Assembly: GCA_963708565.1 (NCBI GenBank) | Contig: CAVPTU010000036.1 | Location: 81,759-113,758 of the forward strand | Direction: 5' to 3' | Length of the DNA stretch: 32,000 nt | Source of the DNA: an uncultured Alphaproteobacteria bacterium | Lineage (GTDB): Bacteria; Pseudomonadota; Alphaproteobacteria; Acetobacterales; Acetobacteraceae | Shown: positions 1 through 7,929 of the stretch, in pieces | Layout: the number at the start of each line of letters is the position of its first letter | How positions within the stretch are numbered: the stretch's first letter is position 1 | The notes under the pieces: model-generated | What the model saw: the letters and a program-made list of their open reading frames with translations, nothing else | What the model was told of the DNA's origin: nothing | The model's database searches: none | Translations under genes and position numbers: made by a program

Positions 1-171
1 CTTCTGCCGTATTCGGCGCCATGTAAATCCACGCGGCGCCCCTGGAAGGCTGTCGCCTTCCTGAACGTGGGCAACGGCGCCCGTAGGGTTGCCAAAGATG
101 TTCAGTTCCTCGTAGTGCGCGGTTGCGGGGGCGGGATGGCCGGGCAGATGTTTTTCCTGATCGGCGGACAT
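1..171 (-). CDS. hypothetical protein, N-terminal part only (gene runs off the left edge)
   Basis: ATG at 171-169 (minus strand), open for all 57 codons to base 1: MSADQEKHLPGHPAPATAHYEELNIFGNPTGAVAHVQEGDSLPGAPRGFTWRRIRQK. Third codon positions are G/C-rich. Too short for the ORF track. Confidence 0.35.
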   Translation of the reverse strand, partial: MSADQEKHLPGHPAPATAHYEELNIFGNPTGAVAHVQEGDSLPGAPRGFTWRRIRQK

Positions 172-226
172 GCGATCCCGTAGCAAGTCCAGCAGCCGGT
201 GCATTGATCTAAATCAACCGAGAATG

Positions 227-253
227 AAAAAGCCGCCCCAGCGAACCGGGGCG
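227..253 (-). terminator. candidate rho-independent terminator
   Basis: Arms CGCCCC (234-239) and GGGGCG (248-253) with an 8-nt loop. On the minus strand the hairpin is followed by GCTTTTTCATT (233-223). It lies downstream of the minus-strand gene 490..714. Confidence 0.4.
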
Positions 254-489
254 ACCAGTTTCCATCAAAAGAGGTACGGTCCGACTTTACCGCGCTCGCG
301 CAGCGGTGGGAAGCCGCCGGGTCGTCAGCGATCCGCCGCCTTCCTCAGCCGCCACACCAGGCCCGCCGCCGTTCTCGGACTTGACACCGGCGTCACCCAG
401 GCGGCCACGTCCCCACACCACCACGCCGCCGGCGGCCACAAACGACCACCAGACCGCCGACGAGCAGCCAGGTGATCCGCGCCGATCAG

Positions 490-714
490 TCACTCGGTGG
501 GCTCAGCAGGGGGTAGCGGACGAGCCTCTCTTTCCACTACCGCAGCTTCGTACTTCGCGGCGAAGTAAAGGAGCGCCGCCTTTCCCTCAGGGGTCACGGC
601 CTTCTCGGCAGCAAGGCGTAGTCTCCGCGCTTGTGCTCGCAGCTCCTCGACAGGACGGTCGGCGAACAGGTCAAAACGTCTCGCCATGCGGACACCGTAT
701 GGCCCGACCAGCAT
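490..714 (-). CDS. small alpha-helical hypothetical protein (member 1 of a family seen three times in this window)
   Basis: 74-aa ORF; alternative ATG at 687 gives MARRFDLFADRPVEELRAQARRLRLAAEKAVTPEGKAALLYFAAKYEAAV. Aligns without gaps to the product of 17062..17298. Confidence 0.55.
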   Translation of the reverse strand: MLVGPYGVRMARRFDLFADRPVEELRAQARRLRLAAEKAVTPEGKAALLYFAAKYEAAVVEREARPLPPAEPTE

Positions 715-811
715 CCGGGACGGTTAACCAGACGTTTCACCAACGTCACTTCTGCGGCTTGTTTTTTGACATAGGTCATTCGGCCAGGTTGAACAGCGTT
801 TGCAACCCGGT

Positions 812-916
812 ATGACCACAGGCATGGATCGGATTGGATGGCTGCTGATCGGGATCATCGCCGTCCTGGCGATCCTGGCAATTGTGGCGTTTTATACGGA
901 CCGGCTGCCGTTCTAG
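812..916 (+). CDS. candidate 34-aa single-pass membrane peptide
   Basis: ATG 812, TAG 914-916: MTTGMDRIGWLLIGIIAVLAILAIVAFYTDRLPF. One hydrophobic helix and G/C-rich third positions. No clear Shine-Dalgarno. Below the ORF-track cut-off. Confidence 0.3.
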   Translation: MTTGMDRIGWLLIGIIAVLAILAIVAFYTDRLPF

Positions 917-1269
917 CGGCCCCCCCTGACAGGAGGCCCGCCGAAGTTCCCAGGGACACCCGAGGGGCATACCGCAGAGCTGCAGCAGGGTTAGTGCACA
1001 TTTGACAAACTGTCGCACAACCACTGCGCGAGTGCTACAGCAAGCACCGTCGGGCTTCCCCCCGACACAGTTTACTTTCTTTTCCCGTACACACTCGCCC
1101 CGCTGGCCAGCAAGCTCGCGGGGCCTTTTGTAGATGCTTCGCCCAGCCTTCGGGATGCCGCCACCCGTGCCTCGCTAGAGGCGCCCGGCGCCAGGCTTAT
1201 CGGACTTTTCCCAGGCTTCCAGTGAGGTGGTTCACAGCTATCGATTCTGCCAAGTATTACGTTGGCGAT

Positions 1270-1458
1270 ATGTCCAGCATCGTCACACGCGCTGATCTCG
1301 TTGAGATCGTGGCCGATTTGCGCGCCATGGCGGCAGCCGAACCAGCGGCGGCGGTCCGAGATGCGCTGAGCCGCCTGGGTGACCGGTACAGCGCCATGAG
1401 TAGCAGGCACCGTCCTATCCCAGCAGTGCAGCCCGTTGTCTGGCCAATGGTGTTCTAG
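1270..1458 (+). CDS. small hypothetical protein (distant member of the small helical family)
   Basis: In-frame ATG at 1270 inside ORF 1222..1458: MSSIVTRADLVEIVADLRAMAAAEPAAAVRDALSRLGDRYSAMS... Third-position G/C bias is better than in the overlapping minus ORF 1072..1749, whose product is rich in W/C/H. Confidence 0.35.
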   Translation: MSSIVTRADLVEIVADLRAMAAAEPAAAVRDALSRLGDRYSAMSSRHRPIPAVQPVVWPMVF

Positions 1459-1726
1459 GAGCAATGCGGCCGGGCGCCCCAACAGGCCGTCAGCGTCGTC
1501 AGCGACCCCTTTTTTGTCAGGATCAGTATCCTGGTCGCACCGGGTGATCTGGTAGCGGTTGCCTTTGATCGTCAAACGCGCCCACCGGCCCAAGCTCTGC
1601 GTCCCCAGTCCCCGCAACCACGATTGTGCAGGCTTCCGAGCAGGGCGCCTGACGGGCGCCGCGCCTCCCGTCACCGTTACGGGCGGCTTTTCTATTGTCG
1701 GTGCGCGGCTCAATATCGGCGACGCC

Positions 1727-2035
1727 ATGGCCAGCAAGCCGCCAGTCATCGTCCATTACGCCTACCGGCCCAAGCGTGCGCGCAAGAAGAAGGCGCTACA
1801 GCCGGCCATTGCGAACCGGATCATCACCATCCCCAGGAAGCGCGCCAGCCAGCCCGTAGAGCGTCCGGAGGCCGAGGATGCCACGGTTGAGAGGCCGCGC
1901 ATCGTGACCATACGGAAGGCCGGGCGATTTGGCGACGTGCCCGATATGCCGCCGGAGGAGCATCAGCGGCGAGGCGATGCCGCCGTCGAGCTGTTCCGGG
2001 AGATCGTGCGCCGAGCCGCTGCCTCGGTGCGATGA
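1727..2035 (+). CDS. small basic hypothetical protein
   Basis: In-frame ATG at 1727 of ORF 1559..2035: MASKPPVIVHYAYRPKRARKKK...PPEEHQRRGDAAVELFREIVRRAAASVR. Its stop overlaps the next start in ATGA (2032-2035). Confidence 0.6.
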   Translation: MASKPPVIVHYAYRPKRARKKKALQPAIANRIITIPRKRASQPVERPEAEDATVERPRIVTIRKAGRFGDVPDMPPEEHQRRGDAAVELFREIVRRAAASVR

Positions 2036-2343
2036 ACCGTAAGCCGCCACAGCGGCATTGGCGCAGCTACGGCACCGACCCGCTGCCGACCGGCGCTGAG
2101 GCCATGGACGAGCCCTTCAGCGCGTTCCCGTCATGGCTCATGCGGATCACCTGCGACCGCTGCGGGAAGGACCGCATGATCGTGGAAACCCACTTCGACA
2201 AGCGCGACATGCCGATCAGGGAGATCATCAGGCGGATGCGGCACGACGGCTGCGGCGGCCGGGCTGGGAAGGTGGAGCTTCTGACCGGCATCGATGGCGT
2301 CACCAGCCGGCCAGTGCGGAAGATCGTGCTGCTGGCAGGGTAG
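2032..2343 (+). CDS. hypothetical protein with a CxxC...HxxC cluster
   Basis: 103-aa ORF coupled by ATGA to the upstream gene. Contains ITCDRCGK and RHDGCGG. Alternative start MDEPF at 2104. Confidence 0.6.
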   Translation: MNRKPPQRHWRSYGTDPLPTGAEAMDEPFSAFPSWLMRITCDRCGKDRMIVETHFDKRDMPIREIIRRMRHDGCGGRAGKVELLTGIDGVTSRPVRKIVLLAG

Positions 2344-2352
2344 GCAAAACCG

Positions 2353-2460
2353 TTGCGCCCGTTTTTGCTGGTCGTGATCGTCCTCGCGGTGTTCGTTATC
2401 TTGGTGTTGCTTTTCGAGATTTGGCGGCTGGAGATAGTTGCGCCTCCTGGGTTCCGCTGA
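2353..2460 (+). CDS. candidate 35-aa hydrophobic peptide (TTG start)
   Basis: TTG 2353, TGA 2458-2460: (M)RPFLLVVIVLAVFVILVLLFEIWRLEIVAPPGFR. One transmembrane-like helix, 10 nt after the stop of the previous gene. Non-ATG start and no strong RBS. Confidence 0.25.
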   Translation: MRPFLLVVIVLAVFVILVLLFEIWRLEIVAPPGFR

Positions 2461-2531
2461 ACCACTGTGTCGGATTGTGCTAGTGGGGGAGTCGATGTCG
2501 CGAATTCGGCTATTTCCGCCGAAGGGTCCGT

Positions 2532-3551
2532 ATGAGGCTATCGGTGTCCCTGCACGCCGTGCGCGAAGTGAGTTCGCAGAAGGATGGCAGGCAGATGATC
2601 GAATTGCTGTCTCGACGCTCTCTCCGCCGTAGGATTCAACGCCTCGGCGGGGCGACACATAAGCACCGGGCAAGGTTTCGCACTCTGGACGAGAATGCAA
2701 GCCGTCGTCTGGAGCACATTGTCCGCAATTGGATCCCGGATCCAAGTGATGAACTCGACTATTCCGACCAAACGTATGAGCGCCTCAATGACGACCGCTA
2801 CACAGTGGTTCCATGGCTCGATTCAGCGGTTCCGCTCGATGGTGCGCATGTTCTCGAAATAGGCGCGGGTTCAGGCACATCTACGGTTGCATTGGGAGAA
2901 CAGGGCGCGCTGGTGACGGCGATCGATATTGATAAACCTTCACTCGACGTTGCCCATGAGCGATGTCGACTATATGGAATTTCCGCTGAGTTCCATCATA
3001 CCAGCGTCTTGGATCTTCCAGCTGATGTGCTCAATCGGACATTCGACCTAGTCATATTTTTCGCCTCGTTGGAACATATGACTCTGGAAGAGCGTTTGGC
3101 TGCGATCTCGTTGACGTGGCGGCTTGTTCGACCCGGCGGTGCTTGGAGTGTAGTCGAAGCGCCCAACCGACTGTGGTATTTCGACGCGCATACGTCCCAG
3201 TTGAACTTCTTCCATTGGTTGCCCGATGAGTTGGCCATAGCGTTCGCCCAAAAGAGTCCGAGGAAGTTCTTCGTCTCTGAGATGTCCGATCGGCAGGCCG
3301 ATCTCCCTTTGAAGCTCGCCCGTTGGGGACGAGGCGTCAGCTACCATGAATTTGTCATGTCGCTCGGGGATGCAGAGAAGCTCAATGTCGTGAGTGACAA
3401 GGATTCCTTTTTGCGCCGTCGGAACCCGGTCGCGTTTCTTTACAGCTTGGTGTCCAGGGCAGGGCGCTATGAGCGATTGCTCGAGAGACTTGAGCCAGAC
3501 ATTCACCCCGCTTTTTTCCGGCAGCATCTCAATCTGATAATCAGGAAGTGA
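2532..3551 (+). CDS. class I SAM-dependent methyltransferase (small-molecule type) with a C-terminal extension
   Basis: Motif I VLEIGAGSGTSTVALG, acidic loop AIDID, post-I/II FDLVIFFASLEHM and RLVRPGGAW. No DNA-methyltransferase DPPY/NPPY/PCQ motifs. Alternative start ATG 2595 has AAGGA upstream. Visibly lower GC than its flanks. Confidence 0.85.
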   Translation: MRLSVSLHAVREVSSQKDGRQMIELLSRRSLRRRIQRLGGATHKHRARFRTLDENASRRLEHIVRNWIPDPSDELDYSDQTYERLNDDRYTVVPWLDSAVPLDGAHVLEIGAGSGTSTVALGEQGALVTAIDIDKPSLDVAHERCRLYGISAEFHHTSVLDLPADVLNRTFDLVIFFASLEHMTLEERLAAISLTWRLVRPGGAWSVVEAPNRLWYFDAHTSQLNFFHWLPDELAIAFAQKSPRKFFVSEMSDRQADLPLKLARWGRGVSYHEFVMSLGDAEKLNVVSDKDSFLRRRNPVAFLYSLVSRAGRYERLLERLEPDIHPAFFRQHLNLIIRK

Positions 3552-3882
3552 ACCAGCACGGAGCGATCTGAAGAGCCCACTGCCACCAGTACAGGCCGGC
3601 GACAGCACGCTCGAATGCTGGCCTGGGAACCCTCGCAAGCTTCTGCCAGTCCGACGACTGCTGCTTGCTGATACCAAGGTCCGACAAAGATCGTTGCGAA
3701 GAATTGGTCGCTTGAGGGGGTCTATTCTTTTCTAGAGGCGGCCTGCCAGCTTTGGCCTTCTCCATATCTGCGAGCACCTCGCCGCACCGCCGCTCGGCCC
3801 GCCGTTGTATCTCCCGGCACTTCCGCCCGTTGTCGGTGTCATTGGCGATGCGAGCGTAGGCGACGGTCCGGCCGCTTGGCAC
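3541..3882 (-). pseudogene. truncated remnant of a phage/plasmid-associated gene (RAERRxGE-L-EMEKAK ... LSDLGISKQQSSxWQKLA type)
   Basis: GTG-start ORF reads ...QRRAERRCGEVLADMEKAKAGRP...SLSDLGISKQQSSDWQKLARVPRPAFERAV, then degenerates into a W-rich tail overlapping the methyltransferase 3' end. Family assignment is from memory of Rhizobiales phage/plasmid proteins, not from a search. Confidence 0.5.
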
Positions 3883-4148
3883 GTCTGAAACGAGACGCTA
3901 TCACCGGTGCGGTATCATAGGTAACCTTTGGAGACCCTTGATCGCGTGCTGCTGCGGATCTTCGGTCGCCGCCGGTCGGCTTTGCCTTCTCCATCTCCCC
4001 CAGGACCTCGCCGCACCGTCGCTCAGCTCGCCGCTGTAGACAAAGATCGTTGCGATGAACCCCCTCTATTTTGGGGAGGGGGTGCCTTTCGGTTGTCGCC
4101 GCCCTTCGCCTTCTCCATCTCCCCCAGGACGGCCTCGCCGCAACGGCG
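3685..4148. repeat. degenerate duplicated fragments of the 3541..3882 gene
   Basis: GCCTTCTCCAT...CCTCGCCGCA core at 3755-3788, 3984-4017 and 4108-4144. CAAAGATCGTTGCGA at 3685-3699 and 4041-4055. On the minus strand the copies encode (R)RCGEVL[AG][DE]MEKAK. Confidence 0.75.
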
Positions 4149-4230
4149 CTACCACCGCCGATGCCCAAACCACCAGGTGACCACACCGTAGCCAGCCATC
4201 GCCACCGCCAGCACCGCTAGCGGCAGCAGA

Positions 4231-5220
4231 TCACGCAGCACTGCCAGACACCGCACCGCTGACCAACGCCGCCAGCTTCGCTGCGATCTCGCTCGCAGCC
4301 CGCAGCGCCGCCGCCTCCGCGTTCGGCCACTCCCTAACCGGACGCGTCGCCGCCTCAACGAGAGCGCGAGCCTGATCGTCCATCGTCACGCCTGCCTGGA
4401 CCAGCGCCTTCAGTTCCGACACGGTCGCCAGGTAATCATCGCGGAGCTTCGTGGCGTAGACTGTCAGAGCCGGCACCGTCTCCGCCGACAGAACCTGCTC
4501 CGCCGCCGTTCTTGCCCTCGCCGTGGCGCGCCCAAGACCAGCACGCGCATCCTTTACCCGCCCCGCAATCCGACGCTGCGCCTCCTGCGCCGCCGCGCGG
4601 CCGTCCTGCGCCCTGGAGAGGTAATCGCGTGCCTTTGTCAGGTCCGTCGCAGGAGCCGCCCTACCGCCCTCCAACGCCCCCTGCGTTGCAGCCGCAGCCG
4701 CCGCCTGTGCCGCTGTCAACGCCGCCGCGGCAACCTCAAGTGTCTGCTCCGCAGCCCCGACCGCCGATCGGGCAGCAGCCTCCGCCGTCGCCGCCGCCGC
4801 ACTCTCAGCCTTGGCCTGCGTCAGCTCCAGCAGTGCTGCCTCCAGCTTCTCCCGCGCCGCCGCCGCACTCGGCAGCACTGCCTGCGGGGTTGGCGCATAT
4901 CCGGGGCGCGCGATCGGGCCAGGAGACGCCGGCGACCCGTAGCGCCGATGGCAACCGGCACACAGCCATGCCTTGGTTCCATCCGACGCCCAGCCGCTCT
5001 CCCATCTGCGGCATCCGCAGCCGCACGCCGCATGCCGCGGATACGCCGCGGCGAACGCCGCATCCGCTTGCTCGGCCGCTTGCCGTTCCGTGTCGCCCCA
5101 ACCTTTCGCGAAGTTGTTGTGGGCCATGCCGACCGGAGGCAGAGACGCGCCGTTACCGCCCCAACTCCCCGCATCGAGCCGCTCCGTCGCCGCCTGTAAG
5201 GCCCGCGATAGCCCGCGCAT
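4231..5220 (-). CDS. hypothetical protein: Cys-rich N-terminal region plus a long Ala-rich coiled-coil-like region
   Basis: 329-aa ORF. Its start overlaps the upstream stop (TAATG at 5222-5218). N-terminal part contains CGCGC...WLCAGCHRRYG; the rest is A/E/Q/R-rich and helical. The Pro-rich plus ORF 4512..5522 is its antisense shadow. Confidence 0.65.
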   Translation of the reverse strand: MRGLSRALQAATERLDAGSWGGNGASLPPVGMAHNNFAKGWGDTERQAAEQADAAFAAAYPRHAACGCGCRRWESGWASDGTKAWLCAGCHRRYGSPASPGPIARPGYAPTPQAVLPSAAAAREKLEAALLELTQAKAESAAAATAEAAARSAVGAAEQTLEVAAAALTAAQAAAAAATQGALEGGRAAPATDLTKARDYLSRAQDGRAAAQEAQRRIAGRVKDARAGLGRATARARTAAEQVLSAETVPALTVYATKLRDDYLATVSELKALVQAGVTMDDQARALVEAATRPVREWPNAEAAALRAASEIAAKLAALVSGAVSGSAA

Positions 5221-5795
5221 TAGACCACCCGCGCGCGTCTGGCCTCAGGAAATCTGCGGTAGTAAGCGGCAGCGTCGCTTTCGGCCTTGCGCTGTTTTGC
5301 GCGCTGCAACGCCGCGTCTGCCGCCTGGCGACGATCCGTCCCCGGGCTGTTGCTCGTCGTCGGACGATAATCCGCATCCCGACCAGACGGCCGCCCCACC
5401 GGCATCACCTCGCCTCCCATTGCGGCGGCCTCCTCCGGATTGTCCGACATCAGCCGATGCAGCGTGCCCTCGACTTCGCTGTAAACGTCCTCCGGCAGGT
5501 GCTCGCGCAGCAACGCGCATAGCTCCTTGAACTCATCCTCCCACCCGTCCCGCAGGTCATCGCGTCGCTCACCGTCCTCCTCGGCGTCGCGACCCCGGAC
5601 ATTGTTGGTGCGGTTGTCGCCAAGACCTAGGCGATCGTCTCGCCCTCGCGGCATCGCCCAGCCCGGCCGCGCATCCAACGCCATGCGGCCGTCAGGCGGG
5701 TCCCAACTGCATGTCATTGTTCCGTTCGGATGCAAAAGGATTTTCGTGCCATCGCCAGGTTTCGGCACCGGAACAGTCAGCGATTGTCTAGTCAT
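5220..5795 (-). CDS. hypothetical protein (acidic/charged)
   Basis: 191-aa ORF. GAGGGAG sits 9 nt upstream of ATG 5795. Its end is coupled to the next gene. Confidence 0.65.
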   Translation of the reverse strand: MTRQSLTVPVPKPGDGTKILLHPNGTMTCSWDPPDGRMALDARPGWAMPRGRDDRLGLGDNRTNNVRGRDAEEDGERRDDLRDGWEDEFKELCALLREHLPEDVYSEVEGTLHRLMSDNPEEAAAMGGEVMPVGRPSGRDADYRPTTSNSPGTDRRQAADAALQRAKQRKAESDAAAYYRRFPEARRARVV

Positions 5796-5812
5796 TTGTG
5801 TATACTCCCTCG

Positions 5813-6496
5813 TTAGTGTTTGTAGGTGCGAGCAGCCGCAATGCGGTCAACGCTGTCGCCGCCCTTCGTGTTCGTCACATCAATCAAGTTGCCAACCCAG
5901 CGACCGCCGCTTGGCACCGCAACTTCAAACTCCGTGGCGGCCGCATCATCCCCCAACTCTGCATGCGCCTTCGCAAGTATGTGCAGATCGTGCATTATCG
6001 CTGCATCCGTGATCGAGAAACCGCGCTGATAGCGCCGCGCCAACGCATGCAAACTCACCGTCGCAAGGCTCAGGATATCGAACACGCAGCGGTGCGGAGC
6101 GACCTCTAAAACGACGCCCAAAACTGACAAACCAGGCTCGGCCGTGGACCATCCCTGAGCGCGAAAGTCAGAGGCGCTGGCACGAAGCTCTCGAATTTGC
6201 AGCGAGCGCTTGGTTAGGTCCACCGTGGTGTCGAGCCGGCCAAACCCGGGCAGCGCTTTCCACGCCCGCGCGGCATCCTGCAAAGTTTCGGGCCGAGGAA
6301 TTGGCGAGCGGCGCCAGCGAGCCAACAGCGGCGCCACAATTGCATCCATTCTCCCGCTGCATGCCAGCGACGTCAACTTCAGCCCGTCACGAAAATACCG
6401 CGCCTGGCGCATAACCTCCGCTGGCACGCGCGTATGCGTCTGCATATACGCACGGGCGGCGCGCGGCGGCGGTGGGGCCAGTGTGCTCACACCCAT
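5813..6496 (-). CDS. hypothetical protein
   Basis: 227-aa ORF overlapping the terminase 3' end by 10 nt. Alternative start MQTHTRV. Composition is protein-like. Confidence 0.6.
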   Translation of the reverse strand: MGVSTLAPPPPRAARAYMQTHTRVPAEVMRQARYFRDGLKLTSLACSGRMDAIVAPLLARWRRSPIPRPETLQDAARAWKALPGFGRLDTTVDLTKRSLQIRELRASASDFRAQGWSTAEPGLSVLGVVLEVAPHRCVFDILSLATVSLHALARRYQRGFSITDAAIMHDLHILAKAHAELGDDAAATEFEVAVPSGGRWVGNLIDVTNTKGGDSVDRIAAARTYKH

Positions 6497-7926
6497 GGTG
6501 GTTCAAGTCCTTGGCCCGGCCACATCATGCGCTCGAGCGCCTTCGGATCGATCTTCATCGGCTGACGCGCTCGCACCAAAAGCAACGCGCCCAGCGCCGA
6601 GTTCGCAAGGTCGTCATGCTGCCCGACAGGGTGATCAATGCTGTCGCGCCCACCACGCGACACACGCCGCTCTAGCCCGCACAATTGCGACGTCAACCGC
6701 GGCACATCCAACAACTCAATCTTCCCGCTGTTCAACAACGGCAAGGCGTTTAGGTAGATTTCCGCCTTCGGTTGATCCGACAGTTTATAATTGATGCCTT
6801 GACTCCTGAACGGCTCCCTCGCCCACTCACCGGCATATCGATCACCAACCACCTCATGCACGCGAAACTGCTTCAAGAGCATACAAAACTCAGCGACAAC
6901 GGCCGCAGGCGAGAACGGCGGCCTTCGCTCGCGCACCACATCAAGCACGCCAAAGTCCTTGTCACGATGCGCAATCGCCAGCGTCATGCTGTCAGCGCTG
7001 CCACCCGACGGATCAACAAATGCAACGTAGCGTTGCCCAGCAGCCGGCAACAGCTCCACACGCCCTCGCACAACGCACGCCTCAACAACGTCACGCGATA
7101 CAAAGTCTGAAAGATCGTTGCGAAACTCAGCGCCGAACTCCGACGCCGCTGCTTCGGCGTCATCCTCATACGCCTCCGCGACAATCGCCGGGTCTAGCTT
7201 CGGATTCATCGCCAACGACGAAGCACGCCAGACGAGCGTTCGAGAGTCGTCCTTCCCAAAGTGCCGCGCAAAAGTGCTGTGGAGAACCCCGGCCTTTCGG
7301 TACGGGCTGGACGCGTTCAGCAACACAGCGCCCGGGATCGTGGCCAATCCAGGTCGCAACGCTCTGAAGATTTCGACGTCGGGATTGGCCGACGTTTCGT
7401 CGCGCCAAAATGCCGTTTCATCACACAACGCAGCTACCAACGTATATCCGCGCGTGACACGGAACGATGCTGTGTGAATTTCTATGGTGCAACGGTTGCT
7501 TAAGACAATCGCGGCTTCGGTTTCTTCTTCGATCATCTGCTCGAGCGCCGGAACCGCGTGCAACAGACCGGTGGCGAACCTAAAGATCGCCCGAGCTTGA
7601 TCGCGGTTGGTGGCGATGACAGCGATGGTGCCGACCTCGCCTGGCGCGAGATACTCCGAATAGCTTTTGAAGCACGCAAGATAGACAGCAATCAATGCGA
7701 GAATGCGCGACTTGCCGCCACGCCTGCCGATCACTAAGCAAGCTTCTTTGAACGGCTCAGCCGGCGGCGTCTGGCGTTCTGTGTGCTGCCGGTAAATCGC
7801 CAGCTCGGGATCACTCATCGGCAGCGCGAAAAGCGCCCGCAGGAAGGTTTTCCAAGCTTGCCACGTCTCGCCTGCAAAATGACTGCCGAAAAGCCCCTCG
7901 TGCGCGACGGCCTGGAGAATGTTCAC
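6487..7926 (-). CDS. terL: phage terminase large subunit
   Basis: 479 aa. Walker A VIGRRGGKSR, Walker B-like LVAALCDETAFW. C-terminal RNase H-like nuclease acidic motifs FVDPSGG..DSMTLAIAH, GDRY and HDDLANS. Confidence 0.85.
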   Translation of the reverse strand: MNILQAVAHEGLFGSHFAGETWQAWKTFLRALFALPMSDPELAIYRQHTERQTPPAEPFKEACLVIGRRGGKSRILALIAVYLACFKSYSEYLAPGEVGTIAVIATNRDQARAIFRFATGLLHAVPALEQMIEEETEAAIVLSNRCTIEIHTASFRVTRGYTLVAALCDETAFWRDETSANPDVEIFRALRPGLATIPGAVLLNASSPYRKAGVLHSTFARHFGKDDSRTLVWRASSLAMNPKLDPAIVAEAYEDDAEAAASEFGAEFRNDLSDFVSRDVVEACVVRGRVELLPAAGQRYVAFVDPSGGSADSMTLAIAHRDKDFGVLDVVRERRPPFSPAAVVAEFCMLLKQFRVHEVVGDRYAGEWAREPFRSQGINYKLSDQPKAEIYLNALPLLNSGKIELLDVPRLTSQLCGLERRVSRGGRDSIDHPVGQHDDLANSALGALLLVRARQPMKIDPKALERMMWPGQGLEPPWV

Positions 7927-7929
7927 ACG

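Noticed and set aside
170-815. Plus-strand ORFs 170..475 and 306..815, and minus ORF 287..493
   Set aside because: Their products are Pro/Arg/Ser-rich with no start context. The region is better explained as the 3' UTR and terminator of 490..714 plus an intergenic promoter region.
1072-1749. 225-aa minus-strand ORF
   Set aside because: Its composition is rich in W/C/H and unlike a real protein. It overlaps plus-strand ORFs with better third-position bias and a coupled downstream partner. Neither strand is certain in 1072-1560.
3685-4148. CRISPR array
   Set aside because: The repeats are degenerate, unequally spaced (about 229 and 124 nt between cores) and correspond to duplicated coding fragments. 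No cas genes are present.
4512-5522. 336-aa proline-rich plus-strand ORF
   Set aside because: It is the antisense shadow of the Ala-rich minus-strand gene 4231..5220 (GCN/GCC codons read as GGC/CGG/CCN). It has no start context or coupling, whereas the minus genes are translationally coupled.
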